From Anaerovoracaceae bacterium (GTDB taxonomy: Bacteria; Bacillota; Clostridia; Peptostreptococcales; Anaerovoracaceae), in contig JAZQHU010000052.1 of assembly GCA_045540775.1 (NCBI GenBank), positions 10,531 to 74,530 of the forward strand: a stretch of DNA of 64,000 bases, read 5' to 3'. The position numbers were made by a program, and so were the translations under genes. Below are positions 28,402 to 36,783 of the stretch, one piece after another (within the stretch, counting starts at the first letter, position 1; each line of letters opens with the position of its first letter). The notes beneath the pieces are model-generated. The model searched no databases, was not told the DNA's origin, and was given only the letters and a program-made list of their open reading frames with translations.

Positions 28402-29553
28402 ATGGCAAAGAAAACAAATTGTGTGATCAACGGAAAAGCGTATTACAGGATCTACCGCAAGGTAGGCATGAAACTTAATGATAACGGTAAATGGGTCGAT
28501 GACAGGAAGGCATTCTACGGGAGCTGCAAAGCCGAAGCAGAACAGAAATACAATGACTATATGCAGAAGCAAAAGTCAGGAGCTTGCAGAACCAATCGTT
28601 GTCTCGGCGAGATGATTGATGAATGGAAAGATGCTGTATTCAAGAATTCTTCTGACTTTGCGAATACAACTAAGGTGAAATACCTTAGTGCATATGAAAG
28701 CATTATGCAGCCATCCAGAGTGTGCGGAATGCCCGCATCAGAAGTTACTGCAATGGATATACAGAATCTGTTTAACGAGTCTGATGCATGCTATAGTTCG
28801 CTGAAAGCCCTGAACAACTTCCTGAAGCATTTCTATCGTTATGCCGAGCTCAACGGATGGTGCCGGAACATTACTGCCAGCCTTGTAGTCCCAAAACACC
28901 CACAGAATACTGATAACGTTCAGGATATTGAGATCTGGGAAGACAGAGAAGTACAGGCTCTTGCAGACGAGTTTGCTGGTACAACCATGAGATTCCTGAT
29001 AATTCTGGCAGCCAATACCGGAGCAAGGCTTGGTGAATTGCTTGCGCTGACATATGACGACATCCGTGACAATATGATGTATATAAACAAACAGTTGTCT
29101 GATGTCGCGCCTATAGGTGATGGCGTAAGTTATTCAACAAACATAACCGAAACGAAGTCATCCGGGAGCAACAGAGTCATTCCTCTCTCTCAGGCTGTTA
29201 TGAAAGAACTGGAGATCCATAAACAGGTTCGCATGGAAGAGATGGAAAAGTATGGTTATGAGACCAACTACTTATTCACCACAACAAACGGGACTTTCTA
29301 CTATAAGAGGAATATCCGCAGAGCGATCGTAAGGGCCTGTGATCGTATAGGTATCGACTATCATAAGTTTCATGCATTGAGGCACACCTTCGGGACCAAC
29401 CTCAGCAGAGCAGGAGTGCCAATAGAAGACACATCCAAGCTTATGGGGCATGCAGATGTCTCTACTACCTCAAAATACTATATCGGTGTCAGTGCTAAGA
29501 GGAAACTTGAAGCAGTAGAAAAGATTGCCGGTTATACGTTAAAAACGAGCTAA
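28402..29553 (+). CDS. Tyrosine recombinase / integrase
   Basis: 383 aa. Catalytic pattern ANTGARLGEL (Arg), HALRHTFGTNL (HxxR), GHADVSTTSKYY (His/Tyr). Adjacent to attR. Confidence 0.9.
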   Translation: MAKKTNCVINGKAYYRIYRKVGMKLNDNGKWVDDRKAFYGSCKAEAEQKYNDYMQKQKSGACRTNRCLGEMIDEWKDAVFKNSSDFANTTKVKYLSAYESIMQPSRVCGMPASEVTAMDIQNLFNESDACYSSLKALNNFLKHFYRYAELNGWCRNITASLVVPKHPQNTDNVQDIEIWEDREVQALADEFAGTTMRFLIILAANTGARLGELLALTYDDIRDNMMYINKQLSDVAPIGDGVSYSTNITETKSSGSNRVIPLSQAVMKELEIHKQVRMEEMEKYGYETNYLFTTTNGTFYYKRNIRRAIVRACDRIGIDYHKFHALRHTFGTNLSRAGVPIEDTSKLMGHADVSTTSKYYIGVSAKRKLEAVEKIAGYTLKTS

Positions 29554-29911
29554 GATTTATCACTTTTTTATCACAGAAGTAATGAATCGGGGTTCTCTGT
29601 AATACGAAACGGCCAACGATATCGGAGATTATCTGTAGTAGTAATCTCTGATATCACAGGCCGTGGTAACAGATCTGAAGATATTGGAAGTAGTTCCATG
29701 ATTCCAGGACGAGCAGAAGGTCTAGGGTTCGAATCCCTACGGGCGCACCACAGCGAGCCGTCAGGCTCGCTTTTTTCGTGCCTGTTGGGATGAGAACCCG
29801 TTGGGTTCGTCGAGACTTGTCCTGACGATTGACGAGCGCCAGCGAAGTCAGAGTCATGGAAAGTCCGATGCAAGACCTGCCCGAAGCGAAGCGAGGCTGC
29901 AGGTCACGGCT

Positions 29912-29930
29912 AATCCCTACGGGCGCACCA
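29912..29930 (+). repeat. Third, partial copy of the tRNA-Arg 3' end (relic att site)
   Basis: AATCCCTACGGGCGCACCA, 162 bp beyond attR. Confidence 0.7.
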
Positions 29931-30175
29931 AGAGAAGCTCCCCATCGATTGCCGAGCATATGCGAAGGCAGAGATGCTGGGAGCTTCTTTACGCAGTACG
30001 CCTGCGACTGGCAAGTACGAAGTACGCAGACAGAGCAGCTGCGTCTGGCGGCCTCGGATATATCAGCACGGCACGTATCAAAAAAAAGCAAGAGGGTGAT
30101 CACCTGAGTGGTCACCCTCTTTTCGTGCTTCATATTGCACCTGACTGCCCGCCGCTGATCGTCTTCGGGGCCCTG

Positions 30176-30511
30176 TCACCTTTCAACAGGTCCTTCGTAC
30201 CCTTCGTATCCGCCGATGTTCTCGGCGCGGTCGTAGCCCATCTGTCTCAGGAAGGCTGCAGCCATCCCGCTTCTCGCTCCGCTGTAGCAGTACATGCATA
30301 TATGCGCGGTCTTATCAGGCAAAACGCTTTCCACGTATGCCCGGTTCTTCCTTCCGCACAGTCCGGCCTCAAGATTGATCGCGCCCGGAACGTGCCCTTC
30401 TGCGTATTCTTCCGGTGTCCTGACATCCACGAGCACCGCATTCTTATATATCTTCATGTCCTCGAGCCCTTCGTTTATATCGAGCTCAGGGAGTTCCTCA
30501 TAATAACCCAA
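30176..30511 (-). CDS. Rhodanese-domain sulfurtransferase
   Basis: 111 aa. VLVDVRTPEEYAEGHVPGAINL and active-site loop CYSGARS. Confidence 0.8.
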   Translation of the reverse strand: MGYYEELPELDINEGLEDMKIYKNAVLVDVRTPEEYAEGHVPGAINLEAGLCGRKNRAYVESVLPDKTAHICMYCYSGARSGMAAAFLRQMGYDRAENIGGYEGYEGPVER

Positions 30512-30538
30512 TTCTTATATTCTCCGATTTCTATTATA

Positions 30539-32698
30539 TTACGCTGACTGCCTCTTCATCAGCTCATGGAAGTATCCCTTCAGCTCCATGAGTTCGTCGA
30601 ACGTGCCCTCTTCGGCTATCCCGCCGTCCTTCAGCACGATGATCCTGTCGCACTCCTTCACCGTCGACAGTCTGTGCGCGACCATGATGACCGTGCACTT
30701 TTCCTGATAAACAGCATCCAGCACCTTCTTCTGCGAGATGTTGTCGAGCGCCGAAGTCGCCTCGTCAAGGATCAGGAGCCCCGGCTTTGATGCGAAGGCC
30801 CTCGCCAGGAGCAGCCTCTGCCTCTGACCGCCCGAGAACCCGCCCGTGTTCGAGTCAGAGATCTCGGTATCGTATCCGAGCGGCAGCTTCATTATCGTAT
30901 CGTCAATGTCGGCTTTGACCGCCGCTTCCTTAGCCTCTTCCCTGCTCACAGGATGCGGGCAGAAAGCAATGTTGGAATACACCGTTCCCGGCATCACGCG
31001 GCTGAACTGGAACACGGATCCGATGTGCCGTCTGAACGACCTCAGATTGATCGTCTCAAGAGGCCTGTTGTCGATGAACACGCCGCCAGTTACAGGTCTG
31101 AGCACGCCGAGGATGATCTTGAGAAGAGTGCTCTTGCCGCACCCGCTTTCGCCGACTATCGCCACCTTCTCACCGGCAGCAATGTGCAGCGAGATATCAT
31201 TGAGGCAGCCGAAGCTGCTGTTTTCATATGCAAAATTCACGTTCTCTATGCGGATGTCTCCGCGGAATTCTCTGAGAACAGTCTGCTCGCGTCCGTTTTC
31301 CGAAGGTGCCTCGAAAATGTATCTGAGCTGCGCCATCATCGGTCTCATCAGGAAGACTTTGCGCTGAGCATCCATGAGGTCCTCCACCGCCGCGGCAATG
31401 ATCGCAAAAGCCGCGTTGAACGCGATGTAGTCTGCTTTGGTTATACCGCTTGGAACGACGAGCGCCAGCAGAATCACCGTCGTGAGCGAACTCAGGAAGC
31501 CCATTATGACAGACTCAAGCTTGAGTATCGCCGGCTGGTTCATGTCACAGGCCAGGACCGACTGGTATCTGGCCGCCCATTTTGCATACACCCTCCTGGT
31601 GGATCCGCTCTCCTTGATCCGCTGGATGCCCTTGAGAGCGCTGTACAGGAAAGACCTGTTGTCGAGCTCAGCTTCCTGGCGGCTGCGCTCGTTTTCAGCG
31701 AAGAATCCGCTCGCAATGTAGATGTATATGCACCTTACAAGGAGCACAGCGAGTGCCGGTATGAGAAGCGTCATCGAGAAGCCCGCCATCTGAGGTATGT
31801 AGACCACTGAGAACAGCGCCGTAAGCGATGCTCCCATGACAAAGCTTATGATCTGATCTGCGAGGAGCCTCGAATTGGTGATCTGCTTTGAGAGCTTGCC
31901 GGTCGAGGTCCGCAGGAAAAACGTCTGCGGCAGAGTCAGTACTTTGCTCATCACTGCAGACTGCATCTCTGAAGCCACCCTCACGCTCATCCGCGAGAGG
32001 AACAGTGACCTGACCGCTGTGATGCCGCTTCGTATAATTCCCGTCAGGAGGAAGAGGAAAAGTCCTCTTGTCAGCAGGCTGAATCCGTCATTGCCCATCG
32101 GGACTATGTCCTGCAGGATATACTTGTTCATCTTAGGTGTGACCAGCCCGAGTGCCGAGATCATGAGTGCTGCAAGTCCTATTGCCACGACGTCCCTCGG
32201 CGAGATGAGCCTCAGAACATATATCGCATAGTTAAGCAGCGTCGGCTGATCCAGCGCTATCGGCCGCTGTATCACGTATGCCCTCTCCTGCAGCCTGACC
32301 TTGTCAGTCACATGGCCCTTGGCACCGGTCGACGGGCACATGTACCTGTAGCCTACCATCGCAGGTGTCAGGACAGCGGCCGTTCCGTCCTCAAGGAACC
32401 CGAGGATGCTGCCGTTACCCCTCTTCCACGAACCGTCTGTTGTGTCAATGGCATCATATATGATCCCAAGCGGGTCAAGAACGAGATCGAGCATCTCTTC
32501 AGTGCTCTCATAGCCGTAGACCTCATCAGCATTCAGACCGAACGATTCCAGAATATGATCCAATGCCAAAAATGCGCCGTTGTCATCTCCGGCGCTTCCC
32601 GGATTGCTCTGGCGGTTCATCATCCGGTAATCGGCGTTTTTCACCATTTCCCGGTCGATCCTATCCCGTTCTCTGATTACTTCTGTGTACAGGCCCAT
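30539..32698 (-). CDS. ABC exporter (TMD-NBD) with non-catalytic N-terminal domain
   Basis: 719 aa. Walker A GESGCGKST, signature FSGGQRQR, Walker B LLILDEATSALD. Its start directly abuts the stop of the upstream ABC gene. Confidence 0.85.
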   Translation of the reverse strand: MGLYTEVIRERDRIDREMVKNADYRMMNRQSNPGSAGDDNGAFLALDHILESFGLNADEVYGYESTEEMLDLVLDPLGIIYDAIDTTDGSWKRGNGSILGFLEDGTAAVLTPAMVGYRYMCPSTGAKGHVTDKVRLQERAYVIQRPIALDQPTLLNYAIYVLRLISPRDVVAIGLAALMISALGLVTPKMNKYILQDIVPMGNDGFSLLTRGLFLFLLTGIIRSGITAVRSLFLSRMSVRVASEMQSAVMSKVLTLPQTFFLRTSTGKLSKQITNSRLLADQIISFVMGASLTALFSVVYIPQMAGFSMTLLIPALAVLLVRCIYIYIASGFFAENERSRQEAELDNRSFLYSALKGIQRIKESGSTRRVYAKWAARYQSVLACDMNQPAILKLESVIMGFLSSLTTVILLALVVPSGITKADYIAFNAAFAIIAAAVEDLMDAQRKVFLMRPMMAQLRYIFEAPSENGREQTVLREFRGDIRIENVNFAYENSSFGCLNDISLHIAAGEKVAIVGESGCGKSTLLKIILGVLRPVTGGVFIDNRPLETINLRSFRRHIGSVFQFSRVMPGTVYSNIAFCPHPVSREEAKEAAVKADIDDTIMKLPLGYDTEISDSNTGGFSGGQRQRLLLARAFASKPGLLILDEATSALDNISQKKVLDAVYQEKCTVIMVAHRLSTVKECDRIIVLKDGGIAEEGTFDELMELKGYFHELMKRQSA

Positions 32699-34882
32699 TT
32701 ATTTCTCCTCAGGCACCTGCAGCAGTTTTCTGTACAGGCCCTCGGTATTGAACAGCTCTTCGTGCGTGCCTCTCTGGACTATCTTTCCTCCGTCCATGAC
32801 GAGGATGCTGTCGCAGGAGGCGACGGTCGACAGTCTGTGGGCAACTATGATGCATGTCGTCCCCTTCTGTCTTATGGATTCAAACACCTCAGCCTCCGTG
32901 ACTGCATCAAGAGCCGAAGTGAATTCGTCCAGAAGCAGGATGGTAGGCTCGGCGGACAGCGCTCTGGCAAGTTCGATCCTCTGGAGCTCGCCGCCCGAGA
33001 AGTTCCGTCCGTTTTCAACCATCGGCGAGTAGTAGCCCTCGCTTTCCTGCATTATCCTGTCGTGTATATGTGCATCGCGGGCAGCCAGGATCATCTCGTA
33101 GTCCTCGACCGTGGAGTCCCACATGGTGAGGTTGTTCCTGATGCTGTCCTCGAATATTACGCATTCCTGATCCACCGCCGTCACAGACGAGTGGAAAACG
33201 ACGTCAGGTATCTCTTCGCGCCTGTATCCGCCGTACAGTATCTCCCCGCTTTCAGGCTGATAAAGCGACAGCAGGCACTTAAGGAGCGTACTTTTGCCGC
33301 ACCCCGAAGATCCGACGACCGCTATAAGCTGCCCCGGCTCTGCTGAGAACGAGACGTCAGTGAGAGCAAGAGGCTCACCTTCCTGATACCTGTAGCAGAG
33401 ATCCTTGACTTCAAGGCTTCCCTTCAGCTTGTCCGGCTCGTAGTCATCAGTCAGCGGGTACTCGGTGATGCTGTCCCTTTCAAGGATGTCCTCGATGCGC
33501 TCTATGTCCGTGCGCGTTCCCTGCAGCGTGTTGGTCATGTTGACACAGTTGGAGAACGCAGAGCGGAAGCTCGAAAGCACCGCCTGCAGCGCCGCCATTA
33601 TACCGAACGTGAACTGGCCGGCTATCATGAAATATGCTCCGGCAAAGAGCAGCACAGCCTGGGATATGAGTATGTGCACGCTGTCGATGGCACTTGCAAG
33701 CGCACTGGTGCCCGCGGTCTTCAGGTGGTTGTCATCATATTCCGCCTGGGTCCTCCTCCATCCGGAAAAGAACATCCTCTCCTGTCCGCCGGTCTTGATC
33801 GTCTCGATCGTGTTGATACCGTTCAGCAGGGCCGTGTTCATGTTGCCCGTGCTGACAGCTCTTCCGAGCGCCTGAAGTCTGATCCTGTCTCTCAGCATCA
33901 TGGAAACTGCCATGTATACGACCTCGACAGCAACGCACAGAAGCGCCACTTTCACGTTGTATGTGAGCATCAGCACAAAATATATGACAGTCATAACGAC
34001 GTCTATCATTCTCGGGACTATCGTCCTGACAAGCGACAGGTCGAGTTTGGAGTTATCCTCCATCCGCTGTATGATCTCGCCCGACCGGTACTGTTCGAAG
34101 AAGCTCATCGGCTGGGTCATTATCTTGCGGAAAATGCCCGAGCCCGACCCGGCAGCTACCGAATACGCAGTGCGGTATATAAGAAGAGTTCTCAGTATGT
34201 TAACGGTGACACTCAGCACCAGTATCACGCACATGGTGATCACGAGGAATCTGTACAGGGACATGCCTGAACCCGCCTTATGCATGATGATGCCCGACAG
34301 CCAGTCTGTTCCCGGCGTCCTTTCGTCAGCCACATCGAGCATGACCCTTGTCGCCCTTACCATAAGAAGGCTCAGCCCCACTCCAAGCATGTTCAGGATG
34401 CCGAGCCACAGAAGCACCCTGCCGTGTCCGTCCATGCGCCTTTTGATGAGGCTGTAAAGTGACGGCCTTTTGCCGCCCTTCGTGAATCCCGCGCCCGGCT
34501 TCATCACGAGCACGGTCCCGGTGAACATTTCAGCAAAATCCTCTTCATTCATCGTATACTCGCCCTTGGCCGGATCAGCGATATACACTTTGCCGCCCCT
34601 GACGTCCTTGACGATGCAGTAAAGAAACTTCTTCCACTTGGCAACGACCGGGAACTTCATCCCGTCGAGGCCTTTCATGTCCGTCTCTACAGTCTCGGTC
34701 TCAAGGCCGTAGCGGGCAGCCATGTCCTTCATCTGCTCAGGTGACGAGCCGCCTCTTGAGGTTATGTTGTGTGCACGCATCTCGGACAGAGGGATATACC
34801 GCCCATAGTAAGAGAGCATTGTGGCTATCGCCGCAATGGAATTCTCGCCCGTATGAGGTTGTATCACTACGGATATCTTCAC
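32699..34882 (-). CDS. ABC exporter with degenerate C39-like domain (catalytic Cys and His lost)
   Basis: The N-terminus aligns to the C39 domain, but TECG is replaced by GENS and HW..NHFVV by KWKKFLYCIV. Walker A GSSGCGKST, FSGGELQR, LLLDEFTSALD. The probable start is GTG 34882 (GGAGGAAAAGGGAAC upstream) rather than ATG 34927. Confidence 0.8.
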   Translation of the reverse strand: MKISVVIQPHTGENSIAAIATMLSYYGRYIPLSEMRAHNITSRGGSSPEQMKDMAARYGLETETVETDMKGLDGMKFPVVAKWKKFLYCIVKDVRGGKVYIADPAKGEYTMNEEDFAEMFTGTVLVMKPGAGFTKGGKRPSLYSLIKRRMDGHGRVLLWLGILNMLGVGLSLLMVRATRVMLDVADERTPGTDWLSGIIMHKAGSGMSLYRFLVITMCVILVLSVTVNILRTLLIYRTAYSVAAGSGSGIFRKIMTQPMSFFEQYRSGEIIQRMEDNSKLDLSLVRTIVPRMIDVVMTVIYFVLMLTYNVKVALLCVAVEVVYMAVSMMLRDRIRLQALGRAVSTGNMNTALLNGINTIETIKTGGQERMFFSGWRRTQAEYDDNHLKTAGTSALASAIDSVHILISQAVLLFAGAYFMIAGQFTFGIMAALQAVLSSFRSAFSNCVNMTNTLQGTRTDIERIEDILERDSITEYPLTDDYEPDKLKGSLEVKDLCYRYQEGEPLALTDVSFSAEPGQLIAVVGSSGCGKSTLLKCLLSLYQPESGEILYGGYRREEIPDVVFHSSVTAVDQECVIFEDSIRNNLTMWDSTVEDYEMILAARDAHIHDRIMQESEGYYSPMVENGRNFSGGELQRIELARALSAEPTILLLDEFTSALDAVTEAEVFESIRQKGTTCIIVAHRLSTVASCDSILVMDGGKIVQRGTHEELFNTEGLYRKLLQVPEEK

Positions 34883-34991
34883 GTTCCCTTTTCCTCCCTG
34901 CGTCTTCGCGGAATGTGCCGCACACACACCCGCAAAACCGGATTTTGCTCAATCGTAGAAATTATAGCACAGATTCTACGCTCGCGCCCTT

Positions 34992-35068
34992 ACATGATCA
35001 GGCAATTTGCTTCTTTCACATGATCAGGCGATTTGCTTCTTTTACATAATCAGAAAATCTGCCTTTTG
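34992..35068. repeat. Three tandem 25-26 bp repeats
   Basis: ACATGATCAGGCAATTTGCTTCTTTC / ACATGATCAGGCGATTTGCTTCTTTT / ACATAATCAGAAAATCTGCCTTTTG. Confidence 0.85.
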
Positions 35069-35090
35069 AAATAATAAGTTGATTTATCAC

Positions 35091-35118
35091 TTTACATGAC
35101 CGCTCAATATGTTATTAT
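35091..35118 (+). promoter_or_regulatory. SigmaA-type promoter for ncRNA copy 1
   Basis: -35 TTTACA (35091..35096), 16-nt spacer, extended -10 TGtTATTAT (35110..35118). The predicted TSS falls at the AAAGGAAGG that opens the RNA. Copy 2 has the homologous TGtTATCAT at 35314..35322. Confidence 0.55.
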
Positions 35119-35125
35119 CTTGATC

Positions 35126-35247
35126 AAAGGAAGGTGCACGTAAGTGCGTTTCAGGAAGACCGGACAGACTGCCTTTGAAAGAGCATCTGAAACTGCTGCA
35201 GAGTAAGCCGGCCTCGTAAGCAACGCTCAAAATCGCCTTCCTTTTTT
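35126..35247 (+). ncRNA. Candidate structured small RNA, RT-associated, copy 1
   Basis: 5' AAAGGAAGG pairs with 3' CCTTCCTTT and is followed by a T-run. Internal GCAC-GTAA-GTGC tetraloop hairpin, a GTTTCAG...CTGAAAC helix and a CTTT-GAA-AGAG hairpin. No conserved reading frame. Confidence 0.6.
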
Positions 35248-35328
35248 ATTGTTTTTTTGCCTTTTCCTTTTTTCTCATTCGGGTAATTTTTTCTGTTTTA
35301 TGATCGCGCACTGTGTTATCATTCGCTT

Positions 35329-35452
35329 GAGGGGAAGGTGCACGTAAGTGTGTTTCAGGAAGGCCGGACAGACTGCCTTTGATAAAGCATCTGAAACTGC
35401 TGCAGAGTAAGCCGGTCTCGTTGGCAAACCTCAAAAAAACCTCCCCTTTTTT
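35329..35452 (+). ncRNA. Candidate structured small RNA, RT-associated, copy 2
   Basis: Paralog of copy 1. Only about five substitutions over the first ~85 nt, mostly loop or pair-preserving; one gives an A-C mismatch in copy 1. The closing helix covaries (GGGGA(A)GGT / ACCTCCCC), followed by a T-run 35 nt before the RT ATG. Confidence 0.6.
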
Positions 35453-35487
35453 CATTATTAAAATCAGACGATCGCAGAGGACGAGAG

Positions 35488-36747
35488 ATGACTATTTTTG
35501 AAAAGGCGATGCAGCCTGAGACCAGGCAGGCATTTGTAGATTATAAGCTCAGGAAGAGAAGATACAGCAAAGAGGAAAACGAAGCCATGGCACAGTACGT
35601 CCTGAGCGACGACTGCGTCCGGGACATTCAGAGACTCCAGGCGGGTGACTTCTTCCTCGACTACCCGGACTACAGACTGATCCCTAAGAATTTTGACGGC
35701 CGCAAGCGCGCCATTTACCGCTTCCGCGGGACGCAGGGAGCCCTGCTCAAGCTCCTCGTCTTTGCAATGAAGGGTGTTGAGCAGCACTATTCCGACAGGC
35801 TGTTTTCATTCAGATCCGACAGGACTGCGACTGATCTTCTCGAGGACATATGCTCCTGCGAGGGTCTGGAAAACATGTACATATTCAAGACGGACGTCAC
35901 CAACTACGTCGGATCCATCGTTCCTGAGATCATCATTCCGATGCTCGCAGATATATATCTCGAGGACGATCCGGGCTTCTATAATTTCCTTGAATGGCTT
36001 CTCATGAGAAAGAAGGTCATAGACCGCGACGGCAACGTGATCGATCACTGCCCGGGCGGAATGGGCGGCATACCGGTCGCCAACTTCTTCATGAACCTCT
36101 ACCTTCACGAGATGGACGAGTATTTTGCACCGCGCGCAGCGTTCTATTCGAGATACTCCGACGACATCCTCATCTGTGCACACACGTATGAGGAGATCAA
36201 GGAGTTCGAGGCAAAATTCTTTGAGATCCTCGGAAGGCTGCAGCTGAGAGTAAACATGGAAAAGACGGAGATACAGGAGCCGGGAAGCGCTTTCGACATG
36301 CTCGGCATGGAGATCTGCGGCAGCAGCGTAACCATTTCCCGTCACTCCATGAATAAGATAAAGCGCAAGCTGCGCAAGTTCACCGACAGAGCGCTCATAA
36401 GAGCCAACAAAGGCTACGTCAGCCGCGAGCAGGCCGCAAAGGATATCATCAGCAGATTCAACAGGTTCTTCTTCGGCGCGCCTCAGAGCAACAAGCTCCT
36501 CTCGTGGGCAAAATGGGCTTACCCGGTGATCACTGATACGGCCTGTCTCGAGGAGATCGACCACTATTTCCAGAACAGTATCAGATACGTTCTCTACGGC
36601 TCGATGAAACTCAGAAACCGCACCATACCGTACGAAAAGCTCCACGAGCTGGGATACAGGTCTCTGGTGTACTACTATCACCACCAGGACAAGATCTACG
36701 AGCTGCTGGGTATCAAGCCTGATCGCAAACCGGGCAGTGAAGCCTGA
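35488..36747 (+). CDS. Reverse transcriptase, stand-alone (not intron, retron or DGR type by motif inspection)
   Basis: 419 aa. RT motifs: RKRAIYRFRG (1), FSFRSDRTATD (2a), IFKTDVTNYVGSI (3), GGMGGIPVANFFMNLYLHEMD (4), RYSDDILI (5, YxDD), LRVNMEKTEI (6), FDMLGMEI (7), plus a ~120-aa thumb-like C-terminus. Confidence 0.85.
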   Translation: MTIFEKAMQPETRQAFVDYKLRKRRYSKEENEAMAQYVLSDDCVRDIQRLQAGDFFLDYPDYRLIPKNFDGRKRAIYRFRGTQGALLKLLVFAMKGVEQHYSDRLFSFRSDRTATDLLEDICSCEGLENMYIFKTDVTNYVGSIVPEIIIPMLADIYLEDDPGFYNFLEWLLMRKKVIDRDGNVIDHCPGGMGGIPVANFFMNLYLHEMDEYFAPRAAFYSRYSDDILICAHTYEEIKEFEAKFFEILGRLQLRVNMEKTEIQEPGSAFDMLGMEICGSSVTISRHSMNKIKRKLRKFTDRALIRANKGYVSREQAAKDIISRFNRFFFGAPQSNKLLSWAKWAYPVITDTACLEEIDHYFQNSIRYVLYGSMKLRNRTIPYEKLHELGYRSLVYYYHHQDKIYELLGIKPDRKPGSEA

Positions 36748-36783
36748 TCGCAAACCGGACAGTGAAGCCTGATTGCAGGCTTC
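36715..36783. repeat. 2.7 tandem copies of a 25-bp repeat spanning the RT stop codon; the last copy forms a terminator-like hairpin
   Basis: AAGCCTGATCGCAAACCGGGCAGTG / AAGCCTGATCGCAAACCGGACAGTG / AAGCCTGATTGCAGGCTTC. Hairpin GAAGCCTG-ATTG-CAGGCTTC at 36764..36783, then TTT. Confidence 0.85.

Larger units (their letters stand above)
21446..29750. mobile_element. Integrative mobilizable element (~8.3 kb) inserted in the 3' end of tRNA-Arg
   Basis: Perfect 37-bp direct repeat CAGAAGGTCTAGGGTTCGAATCCCTACGGGCGCACCA at 21446..21482 (inside the intact tRNA) and 29714..29750. The interior encodes a tyrosine integrase, Xis-like HTH, AAA_25 ATPase, relaxase-like protein, KilA-N protein, XRE regulator and an AMP-ligase cargo gene. 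Confidence 0.85.

Noticed and set aside
29571-30133. ORFs of 100, 159, 248 and 92 aa overlapping attR and the relic att region
   Set aside because: They overlap each other on both strands and span tRNA-derived repeats and hairpins. They have no motifs or RBS.
35126-35452. The two repeats as a DGR template/variable repeat pair
   Set aside because: The differences are not adenine-specific (C>T, A>G, A>T and G>A are all present). Neither copy lies inside a target gene, and the RT lacks the DGR-type motif-4 signature.
35246-35455. 69-aa minus-strand ORF covering ncRNA copy 2
   Set aside because: The equivalent frame in copy 1 is broken by stop codons. The substitutions between copies fit RNA pairing rather than codon conservation.
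35126-36747. Classical retron (msr-msd + RT)
   Set aside because: The 5'/3' end pairing is reminiscent of retron a1/a2 repeats. However, the RT has FDMLGMEI rather than the retron VTG motif in region 7, has no NAxxH segment, has no adjacent effector gene, and there are two complete RNA units instead of one. It is kept as an alternative to test, not as the call.
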